Position numbers and translations under genes: made by a program | Shown here: positions 35,841 to 49,739 of the stretch, piece by piece | Position numbering within the stretch: position 1 is the stretch's first letter | How the letters are laid out: each line of letters begins with the position of its first letter | From: Octopus bimaculoides | Lineage: Eukaryota | Direction of reading: 5' to 3' | NCBI RefSeq assembly: GCF_001194135.2 | Contig: NC_068990.1 | Coordinates: 15,977,863 to 16,039,879, forward strand | Length of the DNA stretch: 62,017 bases | The notes under the pieces: generated by a model | What the model saw: only the letters and a program-made list of their open reading frames with translations | The model's database searches: none | Told to the model about the DNA's origin: nothing

Positions 35841-36726
35841 GTAAGACAGCATTTGAAGTGATATTGATGCTTAAATGCTAGCTTATGTATGGGACAGCAG
35901 CTGGTATTCCTATTAGAGACTGCCGAGTCGAACATGTGTTGGTGATTAATGGCTAATACGATCTGTTTCGCTGGATAATCACTGGTAATTAAAGCACTAA
36001 GACCGCAATAGAAATGAAGATATCATTGAAATATGTACGGACATGTATGTGTGTTAGTATATGTGTGTCCGTCTGTATTTTGCTTTCTCTCTCACTACAT
36101 GTATACATATGTATAATACACACACACACAAAATATATACACATATATCAATATAACATATACATGTACACACACCAATATATGGTGTATGTGTTACGTG
36201 TGTTTATGTATACATACCTAAAAATATATATGCATGTATACAAACGCACATAAATGTATATGTCTTATATAAAAATAATATAATGCAGTAAACATATGTA
36301 TGTATATATGACATGATGTACTAAATATACATATGTGTATGTATGTGTATATGTAACGTAATATACATATATGTGTGTGCGTGTGTGTGTTGCGTGTATT
36401 GTTCACTCACCCCGAAGGCGTGGTAAAACCGAAAAAAGCACTAAGTTAACCATTACACATACACTCATACACACACATGAAATGCACGCACATACACACA
36501 CACACACAAACACACTCAGAGGCTGACAAATACACAAGACATATGCATAGCAGTGCATACAGATAGACTTGGGTTATGCACAGAATACAACCATGTACAC
36601 AATGCTTGTATATGTCACACACACACACACACGCTTCTGTAAGCATGTGTATGTATATATATGCACATAAGAATTGTGCATGTATATTTATGTGTATATA
36701 TGTTTATATATATGGATACATATTTA

Positions 36727-37310
36727 CAGGGTACGGTGAAAAAAACTGTTGTCTAAATTATGCGAAAATGAAAATAACACTGACATCTCATTTTAACAGA
36801 TATATTTACCAGAATTACATAAAAATATCTTGAAATACTAAAGAGTAAATTTATTCAATAAAATCACCATTGGCTTCAACCAGATGACGTCGGAAACTCC
36901 TACAACACTTCTGAACAGTCTCCTTGTTTAAGTTTGTGAATGCTGTCATAATCCTTGCCTTCAGTTCATCTTTGGTGTTACAATGAGTTTTGTTGATTGC
37001 TTGCCCAAATGTGCCCCACACATGATAATGAAGGAGGTTACAGTCTGAGGAGTTAGTTGGCCAGATGTTAAGGGTGATGTAGTTGCAGAAATTGTCTGAC
37101 AGCCATGACTGGGTTCTCCTGTTTGTGTCGCATGGTGTAGAGCCCTGTTGCCAGACATAGGGTCTTCCAGCAGCCACCCTCTTGACCCAAGGCAGCACTA
37201 CTTCCACCAGGCACTTGATGTAGGCCTCTGTGTTCAGTCTGAGGCTGTGTGAGAAGATGAATGGAGGCATAGCATTGCCATCACTAGTGATCACTCCAAA
37301 CACCATGGGA
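36727..37310 (-). mobile_element. DD37D (maT-type) mariner, 3' half
   Basis: ORF 36851-37306 VFGVITSDG…WQQ(G)STPC…WPTNSSDCNLL(H), 37 residues between the catalytic positions; TIR TA|CAGGGTA at 36725. Confidence 0.88.
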
Positions 37311-37419
37311 CTGAACTCATGACCATGTGGTTGGGAAGCAAACTTCTTACTACACTACCATGCCTGTGCCTGTGTGCGTGCGTGCATCACATGCGTGTAT
37401 GCGCGCATGTGTGTATTGC

Positions 37420-38050
37420 TTGAATTTAACTATAAGAAGTTTTCCAACTGCTCAGAATTCTCTTTCTTAAGGCCTAGGTATGAGGCACGTATCGTATATA
37501 TAAAACCCTTTTAAATAATTCTTGTTTCACTTTTTAATGCTTTCACTATTTTCTTTGAGCTTTTGCAGTAAGGCCCCGACATCTTGAGTTATAAATTCTC
37601 AGTTTTTCATTGTTCTGTATTTGTAATCAGGTATTGAATTTCTAGTTGGATGTCAACTCCTTTGATGTTGTCCTGCTCAATTTGTGGAAAGAACTGAGCT
37701 ATCCATGGTCAGACCACAAATCCATGTCTCCAAAATCATTTTCTTAGAATTGTTTTACCAGTCCCTACCAGTTTTCTTGGGAACAAAAGTAGTTTCAAGC
37801 CAGCAAAAATCTAAATAATTTTTTCAGTATACGCTTTGATATCAGTTGGTAACGCATCAAGATATGTTTAGAGACAGTTATGTGCAAAGTTTGTCCAACA
37901 GCTAAGTTCAGCAAGATCCCTTCCAAATTTAAATTTTAATTGGTTGAATGATTTTCTTTTTTCTTTTTCTTTTCCATTTTATGCCATCAAAATTTATCCC
38001 ACAGTTGTCTCCACAGAATCCAACTTTTTCTATCAACCTGTATTAGTAAT
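37420..38050 (-). mobile_element. hAT-family transposase remnant
   Basis: Decayed frames KVGFCGDNCGINFDG and SCWTNFAHNCL*TYLDALPTDIKAY resemble the FCGDNCNTNFGG / C.AH..HNCL…LP.DIE motifs. Confidence 0.65.
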
Positions 38051-38577
38051 TGAGACCAAGGGAAAAAGCACCCATGTTGGTGCTATGTAAGTAGCATCAA
38101 TGCTGGTGCCATGTAAAATGTATCCAGTACATTCAGTAAAGTGGTATTTGGAAGGGCATCCAACTATAGAAACCATATCAAAGCAGATGACTGGAGCCAG
38201 GTGCAGCTCTCCAGCTTGCTAGTTTTTGTCAAACCGTCCAGCTCATGCCAGTGTGGAAAACAGACGTTAAATGATGATGATGATGACAATAATGATGATG
38301 TACATGTGTATATATGTATACATAAGTGTATGTGTGTGTGTTTGTGTCTATCCATTTATCTCGCTTTCTCTTGATATATACATACCGCCTGACTGGCCTT
38401 CGTGCTGGTGGCATGTAAAAGCACCCACTACACTCTCTGAGTGGTTGGCGTTAGGAAGGACATCCAGCTGTAGAAACTCTGCCAATTGGAAATATGCTGT
38501 GCGTGAGAAGACCCGGCAAGCCAAGTGAGACCTAAATCTAAGGCCTCAGCCAGTCCACTTATGCGTACTTTCCTTCA

Positions 38578-38701
38578 TTGGACACTAAACTCCACTTGCG
38601 AAGACCTGTTGAGGCAAGTGAAATCGAAATCGAGTTAAATTGGACACTAAACTCCACTTGCGAAGACCTGTTGAGGCAAGTGAAATTGAAATCGAGTTAA
38701 A
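38578..38701. repeat. 62-bp tandem duplication adjacent to an assembly gap
   Basis: TTGGACACTAAACTCCACTTGCGAAGACCTGTTGAGGCAAGTGAAAT(C/T)GAAATCGAGTTAAA twice. Confidence 0.85.
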
Positions 38702-39274
38702 TTCGACGACTGGCACCNNNNNNNNNNNNNNNNNNNNNNNNNNNNNNNNNNNNNNNNNNNNNNNNNNNNNNNNNNNNNNNNNNNNNNNNNNNNNNNNNNN
38801 NNNNNNNNNNNNNNNNNNNNNNNNNNNNNNNNNNNNNNNNNNNNNNNNNNNNNNNNNNNNNNNNNNNNNNNNNNNNNNNNNNNNNNNNNNNNNNNNNNNN
38901 NNNNNNNNNNNNNNNNNNNNNNNNNNNNNNNNNNNNNNNNNNNNNNNNNNNNNNNNNNNNNNNNNNNNNNNNNNNNNNNNNNNNNNNNNNNNNNNNNNNN
39001 NNNNNNNNNNNNNNNNNNNNNNNNNNNNNNNNNNNNNNNNNNNNNNNNNNNNNNNNNNNNNNNNNNNNNNNNNNNNNNNNNNNNNNNNNNNNNNNNNNNN
39101 NNNNNNNNNNNNNNNNNNNNNNNNNNNNNNNNNNNNNNNNNNNNNNNNNNNNNNNNNNNNNNNNNNNNNNNNNNNNNNNNNNNNNNNNNNNNNNNNNNNN
39201 NNNNNNNNNNNNNNNNNNNNNNNNNNNNNNNNNNNNNNNNNNNNNNNNNNNNNNNNNNNNNNNNNNNNNNNNNN

Positions 39275-39325
<51 letters not shown>

Positions 39326-39421
39326 TAGATAGATAACATCTAGTTTCTATAGTTCCTTTTGTTGGAACTATGTATATATGTATGTATGTATGTGTGTGTG
39401 CATGCCCTTGCCTGTTCATGC

Positions 39422-39464
<43 letters not shown>

Positions 39465-39883
39465 TCCATACATGTGTGTGTGTGTGTGTGTGCATGTGTA
39501 TATTTATCTGTATGTATTTGAGTATGTATGTATGTACATATATATATGTATATATAGGTTCATTTCATTGGTCTGAAAATGAGAAATGTTGGGATAATGT
39601 ACAGAGAAAGTAATATGAATTGGAGAAAGGGAGGGTGTGTGTGGTAATTGTGGTCCTGGATTGACTGCTATCAAATGTAAACAGACTGATGTTAATTATT
39701 GTGGGTGGCTTGGGTGTCAACTGGGGGTTGGGGTATGGTATAGTTCTGGTGATGGTGTGGTGGTAGTGGTGGTGGTGACGGTGTTGGGGGATGTACAGAC
39801 GGGAGGGGGGCAGTTTGAGGTGGAGGAAGTGGTGTAAGGATTTGTTAAGTCAGCTATAAAAATTAAATTATAACAATAAATGA

Positions 39884-40783
39884 ACTTAGTAAAAGAGATT
39901 TCGGATCTATTTTAAAACGGGGGCCACATTTTTCATTAATGTTTTACGTAGTGTTTTTGGTACCGAAAGACTTTCAAACTTCGTATACTTATCTATTTTG
40001 TATTATAGAACAGAAAAATATTTTTGTATTCGAATTTATTTCATGTAAAAAATTGTCTTATTTCGATAATTTCAACCAATCACTGACAAGTATTCAGTTG
40101 TTTATATTTACTCCTTTGGCTGATTAAGCGATGTAAAGTGTATTTAATCTCCATACCTTCGTTTTATTTGCTTTTTTCATTTTAAATTTGCTTTAACCCT
40201 AACCCTAACCCTAACCATAGGGTTAGGGTTAATTGTTTCAGAATCGTTTGTTTATGTAGTNNNNNNNNNNNNNNNNNNNNNNNNNNNNNNNNNNNNNNNN
40301 NNNNNNNNNNNNNNNNNNNNNNNNNNNNNNNNNNNNNNNNNNNNNNNNNNNNNNNNNNNNNNNNNNNNNNNNNNNNNNNNNNNNNNNNNNNNNNNNNNNN
40401 NNNNNNNNNNNNNNNNNNNNNNNNNNNNNNNNNNNNNNNNNNNNNNNNNNNNNNNNNNNNNNNNNNNNNNNNNNNNNNNNNNNNNNNNNNNNNNNNNNNN
40501 NNNNNNNNNNNNNNNNNNNNNNNNNNNNNNNNNNNNNNNNNNNNNCACCCACACACACACCCACACACACACACACACATATCTAAATATAATATGTGAC
40601 AATTATTCGGTAGGCATGATAAAACTCTGAGTTTCGGATGTCGGGGCAGAAGCCTGCACCAGCATCTCTTCAGTTATCGAGCCATTGAAAAAAATGCTAT
40701 GAAAATGACCGTTAAAACAAAGGGAAATTACTGTGTGATTGACCGTTGTTAAGACAAAGGAGCTATTAGAATGACCGCTAAGT
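39884..40783. mobile_element. Non-autonomous repeat with telomere-like hairpin and microsatellite core (class uncertain; Helitron/HINE-like possible)
   Basis: CpG-retaining ~0.9 kb block spanning a gap; (TAACCC)3…(TAGGGT)2 at 40193-40232; ACTTAG/CTAAGT ends. Confidence 0.4.
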
Positions 40784-41184
40784 AAGGAGAGGGAGTAAAG
40801 GTAAGGGAGTAAAAATGTTCATAGTAATCTCGTAAGCACGCATGTCCATACATACACATGCTCGCCCGCACACCCATGTACATGCGCCTATATGTATATA
40901 CTCATCTACGCTCACTTGAAACACACACATGCTCACCCACACATTTGCCAAAAAATATATACATACACGCTCGCACACACACACACACACACACACAAAA
41001 GGTTCATACACATGTCTATATATGCACATGCACAAGAAAAAAAGGGCTAAAGGCAAAATACAGAAAAATGTGTTAAAAAAGTGTAAAAAAATAAGCAATA
41101 AGAGTAAAACATGTTTATATACACACATACTCTTGTGCACGCACACACACATCTATATATGCACATACCCACACACATCCACAC

Positions 41185-42307
41185 GTGTGCACAAAAATTC
41201 ACAATTTTTGTGAACCCATGGATTAATCAAAAATTCGTGTTGTTTATGAATATGAATTCCATCATGGAACCAATACATCCTAGACAGCTCGAAACATCAA
41301 TGAGGTGTTTGGTGAAGATGTGGCAAATGAGTGCACTGTATGGTTTGAGAAGTTCTGGTCTGGTGACTTTACTCTTGAAAATCAGCCCCGTTGTAGACTT
41401 TAGATTAAGGTGGGTAATGATGAGCTGGAAACTGTAATGAAGTGGAAACATCTTAAACTATGCATGAGTTAGCAGCAAGGTTCGATGTTTCAATTCCAAC
41501 TGTATTGGACCATCTGAAACAAATCAGCAAGGTACAGAAGCTGGACAAGTGGGTATCATGCAAACTGAATGAGCCTCAAATGACACATCGTCTTCAAACT
41601 TGCTGTTCTTTGCTGTCGTGGCATAAAAGTGAACTATTTTTGCATTGTATTATTACATGTGAAGAAAAATAGATTCTTTTCAACAATAGCAAGTATTCTG
41701 CATAGTGGTTGGATAGAGACAAAGTGCCAAAACACAATCCAAAAAAGAATATTCACCAAAAAAGCTAACGGTGTCTGTTTGGTGGTCCAGCGCTGGTATC
41801 ATCCACTACATTTTCATGGGACCTGGTAAGTCAGTTACAGTGGATGTATACATCAACTAGTTGAATGAAATGATGAGTGAACTTGCAATTAAACAACTGA
41901 GATTGGTCAATAGAGACATGCCAGTTCTCTTGCAAGACAATGCTCGACTACATGTTGCACAAAGAACGCTACTCAAGTTACAGGAACTGAACTTGGAAGT
42001 ACTCTGTCATCCACTATATTCACTAGACCTTGCACCAACTGACTATCATGTTTTCCAGGCATTAGACAACTTGTTGCAAGGAAAAAACTTCAAATCTGAA
42101 GAAGATGCAAAAACAGCCTTTCATGATTTCATCACTTCTTGCTCTCCAGAATTCTTCACTGCTGCCAGAAATAAGCTACCAATAAAATGGCAAAATTGTG
42201 TTGATGATTTAGGTGCATACTTTGATTAACTGCATTGTTTTTTGTTGAGTTAAAGTAAAATAAACTTTCAGTTCAAAATTGGACATTCCATTCTTAATGA
42301 CCTGATA
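41185..42307 (+). mobile_element. Mariner DD34D transposon, frameshifted, left TIR missing
   Basis: HTH IPTVLDHLKQISKVQKLDKW; CIITCEEK; QDNAR…HPLYSLDLAPTDY with 34-residue spacing; right TIR …TTAATGACCTGA|TA. Confidence 0.92.
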
Positions 42308-42544
42308 TATATCTTGTATGTAACTAAAGAGTTACATGGGAGTGATGATCATTAAAATAAGCCTTCCTTGTTCATAAGGTTGATATAGTGCTGACATACA
42401 TCCTTCATTACTGTAATGATATCAGTCATTAGTAGATTAATATCTGCTGTAATTAGCATACTTGATTCTCCTCATGACAATGTGTCAGCTATGGAAATCC
42501 TGTTGTGTAAGTAAACTAACCTTTGTAATAAAATGCTGACTTAC

Positions 42545-42589
42545 CTGTTCAGAAACCAAATTTGTCATCTTTGATAACATCCAGGTTCT
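42545..42589 (-). other. Candidate exon ending in consensus donor CAG|GTAAGTC (alternative acceptor at 42722)
   Basis: Splice signals only; the 45-nt version reads RTWMLSKMTNLVSEQ. Confidence 0.2.
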
Positions 42590-42789
42590 CTACTTTCAAA
42601 GATACAAACATACCACTTCAATCTTCTTATAAAGTTTTCCATTTTCTCCAATATATATATTTCATGTAAAACTTTCTTGACAAAATATGCTTATATCCAC
42701 AGGAAATATTGTATTGTGGTATCTGAAAGTTTGATCAAACATACGTATTGGATCATCCCATAAATAATACAGTTTTTTTTTTACACTTT

Positions 42790-43040
42790 TTATTTTTCAA
42801 AATTAAGATAAACAAAGTTCTTTTTTAATCTAAAATATACTCTCTTTCATTTTCTACAATGCTCTTCCATCTATCTGGTAGACTTGTAAGGCCCATCTTC
42901 CAAAAATCACTTATCTGTGACAAGAAATACTCCTTCAGTACTGTTCTGACTTCATCTACAGAATTCATATTTTTTCCAACCAAATGATTTTGAAGACTAC
43001 CCACCCAGATTTTATAGTCTTGAAAGTTGTACAGTGACTT
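42790..43040 (-). mobile_element. Mariner transposase C-terminal fragment
   Basis: LQNHLVGKNMNSVDEVR…FWKMGLTSLPDRWKSIVENEREYI*. Confidence 0.8.
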
Positions 43041-43694
43041 CACTAAAGCTGATGGGAGAAAAGAAACATCCAATATATGCTGTAAAGTCATTGGCATTAG
43101 GAAGGACATCCGGCTGTAGAAGCTATGCCAAAGCAAACATAGGAGCATGATGCAGTCCTTGAGCCCATCAGATCATGTCAAACCATCCAGCCTATGCCAG
43201 CATGGAACATGGGCATTAAATGATGATGATGTTGCTTTGTGTATCAATTTCTGCTGAAGCAAGGAACAATCATGTTTGTTCCAGATGAAAACCTAGTTTA
43301 TTACTTACATGCATCATAATAGCCACTTGGAGAAGTTTAAAGGAAGCTATTTTGAATCCTTTTTAGTGTTTTGTAAGTGGAAAAATGGTAACAATATGAA
43401 GATTAGCATGACTGGCTTAAAGAATTCCTGCTGATGTTTATAAAAGAACATTTACCATACTTAATGTTGCGGAAAAGACAGATTTTCTATGTGTGTTACT
43501 TCCAAATGAGACAATAGCTTTTAAAACAGTGACATATGCCAGTGTGTGTGTGTATGTTTGTGTATGTGTGTGTGTCTCTGTCAGTGTGTGTATATTTGTG
43601 TATATGTGTGTACATGCGCATGCATGTTTGTGCATGTGTGTGTGCATGTGAGTTCATGTGTGTTCATGTGTGTGTTTGTGTATGTGTGTGTGTA

Positions 43695-43730
<36 letters not shown>

Positions 43731-44109
43731 ATATCAAGAGAGAGAGAGAAAACACGTGGTTCCAGTGATAATAGTTTTGTACAAAAAGTGCTAGAGATTT
43801 GCAAGTTATTTAAATTGATCCCATCAGTGCCACCATCACGACATCACAAATAACACCACCATCAACATTGTTACCACAGCTGCCACCACCATCACCATCA
43901 CCATCATCATCTTCACAACCACCACCACTAAAAACTACCAGATTAACTACAAATGTTTAGAGTTTAATTCTCATATAATGTTTCAGAATGAACCTGCATT
44001 CACTACATAACTTATGATTGCTTGAAGAAGGTCGTGTATCTACTTCAATCTTTGGAATTATATCCCCTCTTGAACAACTGATATCCTCATAAATTACATC
44101 ATTCCTTTA

Positions 44110-44412
44110 TGGAAATGGGTTACCACGATAAGTGTTCCAGTTGATGACTCAATCAACAAAACAGCCTGCTTGTGATATTAATGTGCAAATGGCTGAGCAC
44201 TCTTAGCATAGTTCTCAGGGAGATTCAACATGACCCAGGATGTGACAAGGCTGGTCTTTTGAATTACAGGTACAACTCACTTTTGCCAGCTAAGTAGACT
44301 GGAACAACAAGAAATAAAGTGTCTTGCTCAAGGATACAACACGCATCAGGAATTGAACTCATGATCTTACAATTGTGAGCTGAATACTCTAACTACTTAT
44401 GCACACACCATT
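44110..44412 (-). mobile_element. SINE family 3 (CORE-like GTGTCCTTGAGCAAGACACTT)
   Basis: Homologous to 48137-48436(+) and 57124-57525(-); tRNA-like head and CTCAGCTGGCAAAAATGAG module. Confidence 0.8.
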
Positions 44413-44522
44413 CCCTTATGCATATCAATTGCAAGGAGTTCAATACACATAAATATTTCATAGATTGCAGTTTCAATACCAACCATCTTCAAGTCGAGAA
44501 CAACATCATCAGCATTATTTAA

Positions 44523-44744
44523 CCCTTTCGATTTCAAACCAGCTGAAAATGCCTATGGGTCTGTAGTATAAATGTCTGGTTTTCAAAAGTTCTGAATTAA
44601 AATCTTCCACCAAACTTTAGTCATAATTTATGTTCCTAACACTAGCTTAATGATAACTCAGGTATTTTACTAAATTCTTTGTTACATTTAAAATTAATTG
44701 AAAGAAACACAGAGCACCTCAACAGAAATATGGTAACAAAAGGG
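44523..44744. mobile_element. 222-bp piggyBac-like MITE
   Basis: TTAA|CCCTTT…AAAGGG|TTAA; related pieces at 24690-25110; another TTAA MITE at 48899-49124. Confidence 0.8.
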
Positions 44745-47154
44745 TTAATGTCTGTTTTCCAAGGTAACATGGGTTGGATGGTTTGACTGGATCTGGTTAG
44801 CCACAGGGCCGCATCATGCTCCATGGATTTGAGAAATTACCTGCCTGACTTCTATCAATGTAGGCTCTCTCTCTCTCTCTCTGCTGTAACAACATCTTTT
44901 CTCTTTGACTTATTAATTTAACACCTTTTTTTCTAAGGTTTAGTCAAATTAGATGCATGTGTAGCTGTGTGAATAATAAAATTACTTCTGAACCTTGTGG
45001 TCTTGGGTTCAGTCTTTATGTACAGTACCTTGGGCGAGTGTTTTCTACTTTGCTCCTGGGCTAACCAAAGCCATGTGAGTAGATTTGGTAGATGGAAACT
45101 GAAAAGAAACCCAATGTGTGTGTGTGTGTGTGTGTATCTTTGGTCCCTTTGCAACTGCTTGACAACTGGTGTTGATTAGTTTATGTCCTTGTCACTTAGT
45201 GGTTTAATTAAAAGTGACTGATAGAATAAGTACCATATTTACAAATAAGTACTGGGATTGATTTGTTTGACTTTATCCCAGTATGGTCTCATTCCAACGA
45301 CTGAAACAAGTAAAAGATAAAGAAGAGCAGCTCCCAGCAACCCTTTTTTAGGCCTTCTGAGATCAGTGGAAGGAAAGGTGGAAGTGATTCTCAGAACAGA
45401 GACCTACCCTGAATGCTTGCAACAGTGTATTCCACTAAAGTTACCTAAGCGCCAGCTATCTTGTACACTTGGTCTTTGCTTCTAGGCATCTTTAATGTGA
45501 CCCGACCCCAATAGTCTGTATTACATACTCTTTAATCCTTTTTCATCAAGAAGTGAAAAATTTGACTCTGGGATCTATCTCTGCCCTCTGTTATCTCTCC
45601 TAACACATACATGCTACAATTCAAACTGAACCTTAGCGCATAAACTATATTTATCTCAGTCTAGAAAGACCCCCACTCCTATCTGAAAATCAAGGACAAT
45701 TACATCTTTCCCAAAATAGAATAACTATTAGCTAATAAATATTACAGATATTGTCGTTTAGCCCTGGTTAAGTTTGTTTAAGCAAACCTAAGATCAGAAA
45801 CATTCCAGCCATGACCACATTGTCTTTTTAGAAGTATCTATGGTTACATTATTCAATGCATCCTTCTTGTTTTCAAAGTTATATGATGTGATTTTCATGG
45901 AGTTTTGGCAGCTATTCCTTGTAAGTCTATTGACCATATAAAAGCCTCTTCATAACATCTTGTTATTTATACACAAAAAGTTTAAAAAAAAACACCACAA
46001 ACAATACATAGGGATATTGATGGATCAAATACCTATGTATAAAGAGATTAGAGTGTTATCCATCATTCAACTGGTGACTTTGGAAATATGCTTTTGCTAT
46101 CAAAAACAATGGTATACATTCAATAATCATAATTTAGCGTTTAATGATTTTCTTCATAGAACATTGGTGGTTTAAGAATTGAGAGAATAGAAAGTTCTTA
46201 GTGTTTACATACAGAATAGTAATCTTTCCTGGGAATTATACCTTATGAAAGTGTCTTATAGTAGCCAATAATTTTAGTTTTGGTTAAAATAACTTCACCA
46301 GTTGTTTTCTTTTTTATGTATACTATTTCTTTTGTCATTGCTGATTTAAGATTTATGTTGTTGAAATTCAATGCAGAAAATGAATGAATGTCAGAGGTTT
46401 TGCTTTCAGGCAAACAATTTTTGATGTGATTACGAGGCAGGAATATTACCATTATCAAAGATGTAAACAGTTAGGAATTGGTCCAGCATTCATTAAGAAA
46501 TTTAAAGTAATTTATCTTCATAAAATAACAACAAAGTAAATTAAAAGATAACAAAAGAAAAAATAAGGAAAATAAAAATACAAAATGATGAAAATGATGC
46601 TAAAAAAATAAATTTAGCGGAAAATTTGGAAAGCTGAATTTTGATCTCAGTAGCAGAGGAAAAAAACCCCAGAAAAGAATGGAAGAAAACAAGAAAAAAA
46701 CAAAACAAATAATAATAATAAAATAGAAGAAACTAAAAAAAAGAGACAATGAATAAATTAAGAAACAGAATGGTACCATGGCACCATTGTTAAATTACAA
46801 CAGATAATGACCCCCCCCCCGTTGCTATTTTATCTATCTCTTGTTTCTTCTCTATAATACAACCCCCTCCCAAACCACCACTATTTATCTGTCTGTGGTT
46901 CCTCCTTCTGTATAATATGACACTATCAATAATGATATTATTAGAGAAAGAGGAAAGCTGGTTCAGCACAAAGTGTTGTGGGAGGTTCGACTGTTAAGTG
47001 TCAAAACTACTGTGGTGGCTGCTGGCTACTGATGTGTGTGTGTGTGTGTGCACATGCATGCTTGTGTATGTATATGTGTGTGCATGTATATTATGTATAT
47101 TATATGTATGTTAATTGTATGTCATGTGCATATATTATATTATACATACATGCG

Positions 47155-47202
<48 letters not shown>

Positions 47203-47356
47203 TTGTATATTATGTATATTATATATATACAATAAACTTATATGAATATTGTCTTTGCAACCTTTTCAGTAGTCGTCGACCCTGTCCATTATCAGGACTG
47301 CATTCTTTCTCTTTTTTTTGTGCACATGCATGTGTGTGTATGCATATATATATTGA

Positions 47357-47791
47357 CCTAGACCTTTGGAAATGTGCTGTGCGTGAGAAGACCCGGCAAG
47401 CCAAGTAAGATCGTTGCAGTGCCCCTGGACTGGCTCTTGTGCAGGTGGCACATGAGATGCACCATTTTGAGCGTGGCCGTTGCCAGTACCGCCTGACTGG
47501 CTCCCGTAGGATTTTCGAGTGAGATCGTTGCCAGTGCCCCTGGACTGGCTTGTGCGGGTGGCGCATAAAAGACACCATTTCGAGCGTGGCCGTTTTCGTG
47601 CGGGTGACACGTAAAAGCACCCACTACACTCTCTGAGTGGTTGGCGTTAGGAAGGGCATCCAGCTGTAGAAACTCTGCCAAATTAGATTGGAGCCTGGTG
47701 TTGCCATCCGGTTTCACCAGTCCTCAGTCAAATCGTCCAACCCATGCTAGCATGGAAAGCGGACGTTAAACGATGATGATGATGATGATGA
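47357..47791 (+). mobile_element. Young 5'-truncated RTE copy
   Basis: ORF end DLWKCAVREKTRQAK*, modular 3' UTR, palindrome CCATGCTAGCATGG, (GAT)n tail; CpGs intact. Confidence 0.9.
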
Positions 47792-49739
47792 TATATATGT
47801 TTATATGTATATACATAGATATATGTATGTGTATATGTATGTTTATATGCATGCACATGCATACACTGATAAATACGCACATGTACATACATACTATAGA
47901 CATACACACACACATAATATACATAACATCTATTGAAAGAATCTTAGGAAAGAAACAGAATATGTAGATATTTTAAGTGAAATAGTTATCAGGATAAACA
48001 CATTGCCCTGTCTATCAAATAGATATTTTTTTTACTGGTTTCAGTAACTGATTTAATAAATGTATTTAGCTCAAGATAGTCCTCAGCATTCTCAGGTATC
48101 ATCTTCAGAAATTTTTAATTATATCATACACAGATAGTGAAGGCACATGGCTTGGTGGTTAGGGTATTCTGCTCATGATCATTAGGTCATGAGATTGATT
48201 CCTGATGGAATGTTGTGTTCTTGAGCAAGGCACTTTATTTCATGTTGCTCCACCCCACTCAGCAGGCAAAAATGAGTTGTACCTGTATTTCAAAGGGTCA
48301 GCCTTATCACACTCTGTGTTAAAGATATGTGTGTCTGTGAAGTGCTCAGCCACTTGCATGTTAATTTCACAAGCAGGCTGTTCTGTTGATCAGATCGACT
48401 GGAACCCTCGTTGTTATAACTGATGGAATGTCAGTTAGTTACCTTGATAGTATTTAGTCGGATAATCATTTTTATTGATCCCTATTTTATGAATGACTGA
48501 ATTTATCTTGTGCTATGTCCATTGTAGGGAGTTACTTCCCCTCAGATAGTATGTATGTACTGAGGTTGATTTGTTCAACTAAAATCTCTCCAAGGTGGTA
48601 CACCAGCATAGCCACAGTCTAATGACTGAAACAAGTAAATGATAAAAGATGAAAATAAAGAGCCAAAATAAATACTGCCAGGCATTTTCTCTCTTTTTTG
48701 TCCAATACTCAATATAATTCACTCAATCTGCCATCTTGGATTAGTAGGTGTGTATAGTTTATTGAAGGGTGAAACACAAATTTGACCTTGTTGGGATTTG
48801 AACCCAGAAAATAAAGAGCTTTAATAAATACTGCAAAGCATTTTGTCCAACACTAACAGTTTTGCCAATCCACTACCTATTGTTATATTTTTCAACATTA
48901 ACCTTTTAGTATTTAAACTGGCCATATTAGGCTCAAATATTCTACCTGTTTTATGTTTAAACTAGCCTGATCTAGCCTCCCACACCTCTCCTACAATGTC
49001 ATTCTAAAAATAAACAACCACGTCATTGTAATGTTGAAGGTACAGGATAATGCTTGATTTATTAAAAACAAAGCAAATAAATAAGCATTACATTTGATAG
49101 AGTAATCCAAATGCTAATGGGTTCATAGATATAAAAAAACCCAGGGGAAATTCCAAAGGTTTTGTTTTCTAAACAATGTTTACAATTCAATTTCCACTTT
49201 TTTTTCTTCTTGGAACTTGGTTTCAGTTATGTCACTAATATCACTAAAAAGGTCATGTGTTTCTCCCAATCTTGTATTTGACCATCCTTAAAAGTTTTAG
49301 GCTTGAAATGTTGGAAAATTTATTTAAACGATAATGAATGACTATGAGAGTCTCTGTGTGGCTGCTCATCAACTTGCTAGAAACAACAGTTATATCTCTC
49401 TCAAAATTACATCTTACTATTTTGACAAAGGAAGGCATGCTTAATAATGTAGTCTTAGATACACTGTTAGTAAAAATGAAAAAGTAGGATGATCATTGCT
49501 GAAAATGTTTTTGATCTATTGATTGATTTCTGTGATCATAGCTGACCTGGTGTTAAATGACAATAACAACGATAAATATATTTTCCTTTGTAAGTAAATC
49601 AATTTTGATAAGTGTTCAGGATATTGACGAGTCGATGATATTGTTTTGATTGGTTTTTCTGAGAGAAATAACAAAGTCTTTGTTGTTGGTATTTGATGTT
49701 GATGAAAGGATGTTGTGTTGTGTATCATTACCATCAGCT

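Noticed and set aside
38578-38701. 62-bp tandem repeat as a CRISPR-like or functional array
   Set aside because: Only two units with no spacers, next to a gap; likely an assembly or local duplication within an RTE-related repeat
46380-46510. Other plus-strand open stretches with splice-like ends (46417, 50212, 50525, 55608)
   Set aside because: No recognisable homology or consistent phase chain; expected by chance in AT-rich DNA
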